Origin: the human T2T-CHM13v2.0 reference genome, Homo sapiens
Direction: 5' to 3' (one strand)
Length of the DNA stretch: 64,000 bases
Assembly (NCBI RefSeq): GCF_009914755.1
Contig: NC_060936.1
A program made the position numbers and the translations under genes. Below, in pieces: positions 18,690-29,886 of the stretch. Position 1 is the stretch's first letter. Every line of letters begins with the position of its first letter. The notes under the pieces were generated by a model. It ran no database searches. It was given only the letters and a program-made list of their open reading frames with translations, and had not been told where the DNA came from.

Positions 18690-18950
18690 AGGGGCCGTTC
18701 GTGGGCGGGGCGGCGGGCCACAGGGGAAGTAGAGTTAGCGGTCGGCTTTTCTGGTAGGAGAGGAAAAAGCTGTGCTGGCAAGGGTGGGAACTGAATGACA
18801 ACCCCGCTCTCTTCCAAACCACCCCCTCATATTTTCCATCCACCTCCTCGCTCCTGCCCTCCCCCGCCCTCCCCAACCCACGCCCGGGTGGGCCAATCGC
18901 TGCTCGGTATTCCAGGCGCTTTCTCAGGTTTCTGCTGATCTTGCAGCGCC
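18690..18950 (+). promoter_or_regulatory. KCNA1 proximal TATA-less promoter (GC boxes and CCAAT box)
   Basis: GGGCGGGG at ~18703, CCCCGCCCTCCCC at ~18862, GGCCAATCG at ~18891-18899, roughly 50-60 nt upstream of the inferred start of exon 1. Confidence 0.65.
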
Positions 18951-19519
18951 CAGAAATGGACCGAGCGGACCCGCCGCCGCACGCACCCTGCTCCACTCCA
19001 AGCTCCTAAGGGCTCCTGGCGCGCCGCGTAGCCTTGGCGAGGTCCGCGCTGGGGTGCGGAGAGCGAAGGGAACTGGAGAGCCATGTAGATCCAGGCTCTC
19101 GCCCGCCCGCCTCCTTCGGGATCGAATCAAGGGCTCCCATAGTGTTAGGAGGGGGCGAGAGTGCTGTTTATCGTCATTTGCCTCGGAGCTTCGAGAGAGG
19201 GTGGTATTTTGCTTTTCCGCCCCGCATCCTCCGGAACTCCCTGCACCGGAGAGAGGACGGCGTCTCCAGGTTGCTGGCAACCGGTGAGAATGGGGGTAGG
19301 GAAGGAACATTTTCGCCGTAGCTGCTCCGTAAAGCGATTGTCCAACTGAGAGGGGCGTCGGACGAGTGGACCAGGGCGGCGAGTTTGCCCGGCGCGTCTC
19401 GGATGCTGCTGCGGCGGCCGCCGCGGCTCCCGCCAGGGCACTGCAAAGACGACCTGCCGCATTCCCACTCGGGCTCTCCGCTGACTCAGCACCGCCCCTG
19501 CGCCAAGCCAGCCGGCCAG
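18950..19519 (+). other. KCNA1: KCNA1 non-coding exon 1 (5'UTR); start approximate
   Basis: Ends at donor CAG|GTAGGG (GT at 19520). Consistent with the recalled two-exon KCNA1 structure. The TSS cannot be fixed from sequence alone. Confidence 0.7.
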
Positions 19520-19886
19520 GTAGGGGGTTCCCCAGCTCGGGGATGCAGAAGCGGGGGTTGGGGGGACCGGGTGGGGGAGGCCGGGGGTGCGGGGATGCTG
19601 TCCGGGACCCTGAGCTTCCCCCGGCGTCTCTCGGCGCTTTTCCGATCTCTAGTTTAACGAAGTTGTAAACAGATCGGCTGTTGGGCATTGGGGAAAGTGG
19701 GATGGAAGAGCCCCAAACTTGGATTTCCGGGTGTCTGCGTGTCGTCTGTCCGTGTGTGTGTGATAGCCCTAGCAAACGTCCAGTGCTTTCTCAAGCTAGA
19801 GGTCTGTGTTCTTCGGTGTCTGTAGGTCCGTCCCATCTGAATGCTTCTGATTTTCTACCCCCGTATCACTTTCTATTTCTCTGCAG
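19520..19886 (+). other. KCNA1: KCNA1 5'UTR intron (367 nt)
   Basis: GTAGGG donor, G-run-rich 5' part, pyrimidine tract and acceptor CTTTCTATTTCTCTGCAG|CGTG ending at 19886. Confidence 0.75.
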
Positions 19887-20311
19887 CGTGCATCGATCGC
19901 CCTGGTGGGAGCTTAGAAGGCGGCAGGCGAAGAGGGGTAGGAGGGGGGAGAGCCGAGGAGAAGCAGAGAGGGTGGCAGGCGTGGGGATCTGCCGAGCCGG
20001 CACTGCACCGGGTCCTAGGAAGGCTCTCGGAGGGGAGGGGAGGCCAGGGCGACCCCCGAAGCAATGGCCCAGTCCGCTAGAACGGCACTGCGTTAAGGCA
20101 CCTGGGATCAGGAAGAAATATCTAAACAACAACAACAGAAAACCAACAAACCCCCAAACCCAAACCCAACCCTCTGCAAAAAGCTGCACCCGGCCCGCAG
20201 GCGAGGGGGATTCCAAACTGAGTGAAAGGCAGGGTGGAGGGGAAGGCAGCGAGAGGCAAAGTCGCAGATCTCCCGACCTGCTCGTGTTGAAGCACCTCCC
20301 CCTGGGCGTGA

Positions 20312-21913
<1,602 letters not shown>

Positions 21914-24900
21914 AAAACAAAGGCAAGCAAACAAAAAAGCCCCACTTAGCAGCTCAAAAGACTTAAAAAACAAAACAGAAAACCTAGTGACTCATGTCAC
22001 GCTTTGTAGATACTTTACTAAGTAGACTTGGAATGCTCTATTTAACTGTCAATGCGTTGTTGCATTGAGGATTTTGGGGGTGGTGAACCAGAAGCTTTCA
22101 AGATCCATGACAAAATAAACTATTTTCCTTTTATTAAAAAATGGGAAAAGAGAGAGTATTTTCTAAAACTGGCTTAAAAAGATTCAGTCCACGAACTAGT
22201 CTAGGTAAAATAATAATCATATGCTTCCCCAAACTGAAACATTTTTAATGCTTTGGTTTCTTTAACTTTTTTAAAAACTCAGAACAAGATGATCACTTAG
22301 AAATATGAAATTGAAATTCGCATGGGACTCCAGTAAAACATCTTTGCAAACTGCGTAGCACATTGAAGACAGTGCATCAGATGTATTATATGTAACATGA
22401 TAGACCAGCCAAAATGGACAATGAATAGATATTTTTATTTCGATCAACTGAACTGCATATTACAAGGTGAAAAAAGAAAACTCCGATTACTTAAGACTGG
22501 TTCACAAAGCACCTTATAAATTGGATACTGGTCCTGATCTGTAGGGATTTCCCCCTGGGCCCATTCTCTTTCTAATCCAGATTATTCTCTAAGAAAAAGT
22601 TAACTGAATTAAATTAATTGATTCTTCTGCAGTGCCGCTAAATGGTCTCAACTGCAGATGAGCCAAATACAGGTCTTTTCTCACCAGGCCTGCACTCCGA
22701 CCCCTGGCTTTCAGAACTGGATGTAAAACCTTAGCCTCCTTATTGCAAGAGAGCACAAATGAAGTTAAATGTAAGCATGTTTGAATCTGATACAATTTAT
22801 TTTATAATCGCATGCTGAGAAGTTAACCCAGACAATAGGGGATAAGCTTAAGTTGAAATCGATTCTTCTAAAAATAGATCCTTTTTCATTTGCATTCACC
22901 AAAAGTGCACTCCTCCATTTATTAACTATTTTATTAGTAAATAAAGTACTGTATTTAAGTGCATATGTTAGTCAGATGGGAACAATAACTTTTTGGAGCT
23001 CAAAGCATGTTCTCTTATTCAGCATTATGGCCTATTTGACTAAGATGTACCTTGAATTAATTAATGCATGATTTCAGTAATAAAAATTTTAAAAGTAATA
23101 AAAATTACAAGTCTGTGGGGTGAAAGGCCCAATAGAAATTATGGGGGGTGGGGGTGGGGGCACTCAGTCAATTTTCCTGCCTTTGCTCAGGGAAATACCA
23201 GGTTTTTGTGCAGGTATAGGCGGAGAGAGGACCAATATGCCCATCCCTTAAAGGGAAGCCATGTGAAAAACTCAATAAGTCATCAAAGTACATATAGCAA
23301 CACCTAAGAACAAGTATTCTTTCTAGCTGAAGACAAACACAAGCAACACAAACAAGCAAACAAACAAACAAACAAAAAGGTGCAATACTGCATGTTTTTT
23401 GGTGCATTCTTAGGATGTAAATGAAAATGTTTCTCTATTATATGCATCCGAAGCAGAGCTGATTTTTTTTTCTTTGCAGTCATTCTTTGAAGTCTGTAGA
23501 GACTTCAGCCCTCCCCTTGAGGCTCCCTGAAGAAACTAAACCAATTGATTTAATAGTTGCTTAGTGCCTTTATCCTGTACCCACAGTGAACTGTAGAAAG
23601 TGCCTCCTTAACACAGCTGAGAAGTTAGGTAGCAAAAGTGGGGAAGGGTTGGGGCACAGACCTTTTGCTTTTTCTTTTTCCATTCTCGCTCTCTCATTTC
23701 ACCACTGTGAGAAGACCACACCACCCTAAACCCTGGAGAGGAGAGACCCAGGAGGGTGCTGTCTCTCTGGCCATCTACTAGCATTGGTCCCTTTGACAGC
23801 CTGACGCTGGATGTGAACTGAGACCCATCTTTGAACTGGACATGAACTGTGAACTTGTTTTTTCCTCTCTCCACCAAAGCCAAGATAAACTTTTTGGGAA
23901 TTTGTTTCCTATCGAGGGCCACTTTGGACACACAAGGCTTCCTCAGGTCCAGTGTAGTGCTCCTGGCACCTTTCCTTATTTTTTTCTCTGTCGGTAACAG
24001 CACTTTGCAAATCTCTCTGACGGTCCAGTCTTTTCAGGCATTGTTGTGGATGTGGGAACACTCAGTTCATAATAACCTTTCCTAGGCCTTCCCTCCTGGT
24101 CTACCCCTTTCAGATATTTCCTGATGCCCCTATGATCTTCCCACCTGGCAGTCACTTCACAGGTTGAACATCTAACTTCTGCTGCCCCCCCGTTACCCAG
24201 CCCAGAGAATGGTGGGGACCCTGTTCCTGGCTGAAAGAGAGCCACGGAACACAGGCCTCTGGAGCTCGGCAGCTGCCCACCGGTGGAGAGGTACTCACAG
24301 CCTTTCAAAGGACCCTGAGGTGGGGAATCTTCATTCTGCACTTAGCATGTGGCTGCCTGTTACCTGACATTCTGGCCCAGCTTCTTCTGAAAATCTGTCC
24401 TGCTTCTCCCACCCCTTTCCCCCATCCTGTCCTAGAACTAGCAGTGAGGCAATCACCCTAGAAACTCGAGTTACACCCATTCTGGCTAACTCGATTAAAA
24501 GAAAGAACATGGATATCTTATTTTCCTATGTGACTTTTGTGAATCTGTGAGATGAACACAACACACATCGTGGAAGATGAGGGGCCAAGAACTGCGCAGC
24601 ATCCGACTACAGGGCATTAAACCCTCCCATGTGATGTCTCCTTCTCGTCTGAACCTTAACTCATTCTGGCGATTCCTTTCCTACTTGCTTAAAAATCCCC
24701 AATTAGGAAAAAAATGCCAACCTCCTCCCAGGCTTGGGGTTATCTTGATCTTTCATTTCAACGTTGAGGTCTAGTGCACACAGAACTTGAAACACCGCAC
24801 TCTGTCAACAGCAATAATCCACTCAGTACTGTGGGATGGATGGGTTAATGGATGAGAAAACGGCACCAAGACTGACTTTGGGTATTTGGTATATTTACCG

Positions 24901-27300
24901 TGGTTACACTCTGGACTGGTTGATTCTTCTGCATGTGATATAGAAAAAAGTGCTGCATGCGGTGAACCTGTCAGTCTGGGACTGGGGGTGAGTTGTTGTT
25001 ATGAGTTTGGGGTGGTGTGAGGAAAGTGAATGCTGCTTAGCTCATCTGTAGCTCATTGCAATGAATTCAGTAAGAATGGAGTACAGGGATTATCTGTGTA
25101 GCATAGGCATGCAATGTTTGACCAAGCTCTTACCCTCGCACTGTAATGTGTTGAAATGTCTTTGTAGACCTGAAGGTGCACTTAACAAAACTGCCTATTA
25201 AGGGATGACTATTTTTTGGTTTACTTATTCATATTTATTTTAGCAGCCTTTTTACCTTTTCTTCCCCTTCCTAGGCATGGAGCTGTAACAGCTCATGTCC
25301 TGACTATGTGTTTTCTCCAGAAGGAGAAGACTTCTGATGTGCTGATAGCTATAATTCCTCTCTTCCAGTCTATTGGGGCCCTAGTTCAATAGGGTGGCAA
25401 TAGAAGAGTTGGTCACACCAGGGCTGTTAGCCATCCCAGAATCTCTGAAGTGGTTAACTCACCTGAAGTGATCTGAATCAGAGAGACCAAAGACATTCAT
25501 TTCCTCTGTCCTCAGATTTCTAGAAGACAAATTCTAGCCAGGAAAACTTTCTGTTTTTGCATCTCCCTTTTCCCATTTGTGCCCAACTCCCCTTGCACTC
25601 CCTGGAGACTTGAGTTCTGATTTTCAGTTATATCAGCTCATTGGGAGTGTGTTCGTGGGTGAGCCTTGCAGAATCAGATAAACCAATAGCAAGTCCTTCT
25701 CCAGGATTCTGGCCAGTGGGCAGTCATTTCCCTGAAATGAATTGTAGGGCAGGTTTAGATTCCACTATGGTGGACGTGAAGCACAGGTGGTGTCACAATC
25801 TTGATTTGCTTGAGAATTAAAAAAATACATGTAAATGGTAAATGAGGAATACATTTTTTTAAAGTAGAAATTTGGTTTAGCCTATAAAAGGCCTTCTTCA
25901 CATTGTGTATAGTTACACGTTTTTCAAATTAGGTACCATCTAAAAGTCAATAAAAATAGTTTCCTAGCCCTCTCATTTAATATAGGAGACCTCAAAACAC
26001 ATGCTTTTTAACAATTTTACATTTTAATTCTTAGTTTGGTAGATTGGATTGAAAGAAAGGAGAAAGAACATTAGCAGAAGGCACTTTCCCATTTTCTTCC
26101 AGGAATGACTTATTCCTGGGGTGGTGAGAATTGGTGGGTGGTAACCATCCATAGTATAAAATTGTTAGAAAGAATATAAACTGCCAAACAAGCATGTTAT
26201 CTTCAGGCTTTTCCAAGCAAGAATGAAGTCTTTTGATGTTTATGTTCATTTTAAGAAGACAAACAAACTAAAATTTTAAGACCAGACACAACCCAAGTTG
26301 AATTGTGATCTCAGGAGGTGAACTCTCATTCACCATGTGGCATATTACTACTTGTATTTATATCATGGAATTTCAGGGTATATGTGAACATGTCTAGTAT
26401 GACTCAGGTAAACCTTTAAAGAATGTATGTTACTTACCATTTTTGTAAAGAAGCAAACAGGAGCTGAATTGTTAACCAAAACTGTTCCATTACCTTGGGT
26501 CACTGTGCAAACTAATTCAGGGTACAGATATAAAGTTTAGAAGCCTTGGGATTAAATGCCAGCCTCTTTGCTCAGGCAAAATGACCCTGGGCTTTCTTGG
26601 GAAGTCCAGCATGTATGTAAGGGGTGAGGCCCTGCTGACCTCAGGGCTTTTCGCTTTAAGGAGATTAACCCTAGTCACAGTGATTTTCATTTAGGAGCTA
26701 ACTAGGAGTTTACTCTTTATGACGTGAAACTTCAAAGAGTATAGAAAACTTTTGTACCACAATCAAAGAAGAAGAAATGGTGTATGGAAAGAAAACAAAA
26801 CAAAACAAGAAATCTCTTGTAAAATATTCCAGGTCAAAGTTGTCTCCTCTCCAAACCTTGCAGAAGCACCTTTCTTCTCTTCAGCGCACTGTTTTGGGAC
26901 TGTTTATGCAGCAGATGTAAGTAGACAACATGGACTCCATGTGACATGCCTCTAATAGTAAAGATAAAGTATTACTGAGGTTAAAAATAAAAATTGAGTA
27001 GTATTAATTTAAAGTGCACCATCAGGACAACAAACCATTTAAGCTGAAAAAACGCTATTTTATTTCTTGAGTTTGCCAGTTGCTTCCACCTTGAGTTAAG
27101 GACGTGTCTCATCTTCACCTACTGCGCATTCTCCCTTCTCTAACTGTGTAATATGTCAGGTCAAGGACATTGAATGTTATGAATTGAGAACCTAATTGAT
27201 GCGCATAGTTTTCATCTATGCAATTTTACTTGCTTCTGTCACTTTACGATCTGTTCATATTTGGCATCAATTAAAGATACTTTTTAAGGATCTTATCAAG
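21914..27300 (+). other. KCNA1: KCNA1 long 3'UTR (~5.4 kb)
   Basis: AU-rich sequence with no recognisable repeats after the stop codon, running to a poly(A) signal at 27270; fits the known ~8 kb Kv1.1 mRNA. Confidence 0.75.
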
Positions 27301-27335
27301 GAATATCTTGACTGGTTATTTGTCTCTTGTTTAAC
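27270..27335 (+). terminator. Distal KCNA1 poly(A) signal with GU/U-rich downstream element
   Basis: ATTAAA at 27270-27275 followed ~30 nt later by TCTTGACTGGTTATTTGTCTCTTGTTT. Confidence 0.7.
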
Positions 27336-28689
27336 TGGTCTTTGGGGGCCCTTTTCTTCCCTTCTTCTGTGGGGTCTCTTTAAATAGTGGGGTGAATCCA
27401 AGATCAGATCATGAAACAGACTTGTTTCCTTTGGCCCACGTGGTCTGTTTCTGCTGTCCAAGGACATATCCGGGGGTTACCTTTTGAGGATAAATTCAGT
27501 TTGGTCTCAGGTAAGATCCCAAGTGAAGACCATTGGAATTTGGCCTGTGGAAGTTAGAGTGGAAGGAGGATCAAGCTTTCAAAATAAAACAAGAAATGAG
27601 GCTCAGGGGAACAAAGTAATTGGTTATATCCACTTAAGTTGTTTTGATTTGAAACTAGTTTTTATGCACAGTCTGAGAAGCTTTGCAGGAAGAATAATTG
27701 TGGGTGTGTGTGTGAGAGAGAGAGAGGGAGACAGAGACAGAGACACGACTGTGTGTGTGAGTGTAACAGAGTTGTGGTCTGGAATCAACTGACTTGATAG
27801 TTGCAGTGTGGTGTTAGGAGTGATTTTGATGTGGAAAAACAACGTGGCTCCTATCCATTCTTTACACAGGCTTTTTCCATGTAGTTCTACATGTTCACAT
27901 TTCTTTCTTTCTGGTTTTTTTTTTATGACTCCTTGTCGCATTTCCTTTTGATTCTTCCTGAGATTTAGATCTTCTGTTTTCCTCCTTGTGAATATCACAT
28001 TTTCTACACATTCTTTTATGTCAGAGCAAACAGGGGGAGGTGCTCTTGACAGCGGTCTGTTACATGCTAAATGCACTGGGTGGTTGGTGCATTATCGTAG
28101 AAGAGTATTGCGCTGTGATAGGTTCATGTTACAAGATTTGCAGATGAATCTTGCTTTTGCTGTATAAGTTACCACTGAAAGTAGACTACAAAGCTGGGCA
28201 GGCTGCCCATGATTTTTCTCTTGTGGTCAGGAAACAGGCCAGGCTAAGCTCTGACAGAGAAGGTAAGAGACAGCCCAAGACACCCCAACAGCAGTGGATG
28301 TTTCTCAAAGCTCAGCCTTAGAATGGTCTTCTTAAAGCAGAAACAGATAGAACCAGGTAGCTGCTAGGAATGGGGCTATAACTGGGAGCTTTGTTGTTTA
28401 CAAAGCTTTAAAAAGAAGTCAAGTCAGTTTAAAGGGGAAGAACAGAGAGCAGATATGATCTGAAGTCAGCTACTCTGCCACTGGGTGGGAAGCTGCCTGC
28501 CGCAGTCAGTCCTGATTTCTGGATTCTGACCAGGCTTGAGTGTTGAGGGAGGGCCAGCCCTAAGGCTGAGCAGAGGTGCCTGGTGGCAAAATACTGAGTG
28601 GATAAGACACAGCATGGTAGGCAGTATACCTGGAAAGCAGCCCTTTGAACCAGCTCGAAAACAGACAATTTACGACATCTTATTTAATT

Positions 28690-28852
28690 AATTAAATCTA
28701 AGATACCATTAATTGTAAGATGCAGTGTTATCTGACATATTTGTAAGAAAGAGAGAACACTGACAATTATGACCTGCCTTTGCATTGATTCATCCCAATT
28801 TTACAGATGTAAAAAGGTAAAAAGAGGAATCTTAGAATTGATACACTATAGT
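28690..28852. mobile_element. Ancient TcMar-type MITE (MamRep434-like)
   Basis: Imperfect terminal inverted repeats AATCTAAGATACC ... AATCTTAGAATTGAT and internal ATTGTAAGATGCA; family assignment from memory. Confidence 0.4.
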
Positions 28853-29589
28853 GATTCTAATATTTCCCTCCCCCGCTTTTGTTTCCTGGCGTGGTTAAAT
28901 GTTTGAATTCTGATCCCTTAAATTTGGCAGTTTTGTGCAGATGTGAACCCTGGCTAGAACCTTTAGATCTTCTTTTAACTATATTTTTATCCCTCAGTAT
29001 TTTTCTTGGGCCTGCCGCTGACTTAGGCTTCGTGCTAGGCATTGGAGGTGTGTTAGTTGACAAAGCAATGTGCTCTACAGATCCTTTGCCCAGCGAAGGA
29101 CTGAAGACTTAATTGTGATATATGGAAGGAGGCTGGTCTTGTGTTACTCCCTCTCTCACCCTATAAAAGCACTCCCTCTATCATCAGATGTTCAGAATCA
29201 TCAGCAGCCCTTTGCTTTTAAAGTTCAAAGCAACCCGGCACGTTCATTCCCAGTAAGGTGCTAACAGCAATGCTCCCAGTTTGGATAGCTCTCTTTCCAG
29301 TTTTCAAACCCTTTCCACGTTAGTTATATTGCTTTATTCTACTCAGTGAATTAGGTTGGGCTGATATTGCTGTCTTTATTTTATAGGCACAGGGATCTAC
29401 CCCCAAGATTGCTGGACAGATGAAGCCAGCCTGGGTTTATTGAAGATTCTATGGGCCAGTGTCTGGCACACAGTAGGGGCTCTGAATGTTTATTGAGCTG
29501 ATCAAATGTTGGAAAGTGTAATGTTACATGGTAAAAAGAAGCCAGTGGATTTTGTGTAGGCATTTAGCCTTTTTGAGCCTTTAAATTGC

Positions 29590-29886
29590 TTTTTTTTTTT
29601 TTTTTTGAGATGGAATCTCACTCTGTTGCCCAGGCTGGAGTGTAGTGGCGTGATCTTGGCTCATTGCATCCTCTGCCTCCCAGATTCAAGTGATTCTCCT
29701 GCCTCAGCCTCCTGAGCAGCTGGGGTTACAGGTGGTGCCACCACACCCCGCTAATTTTTGTATTTTTGTAGAGGCAAGGTTTCACCATGTTTACCAGTCT
29801 GGTCTCGAACTCCTGGCCTCAAGCGATCTGCCCGCCTCAGCCTCCCAGAGTGCTAGGATTACAGGTGTGAGCCACTGTGCCTGGCC
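29590..29886 (-). mobile_element. AluS (Sz/Sx-like)
   Basis: Antisense dimer with poly(T); TSD TAAATTGCT. Confidence 0.95.

Noticed and set aside
19484-19500. REST/NRSE site (TCAGCACC)
   Set aside because: Only the left half-site is present; no GGACAG half follows.
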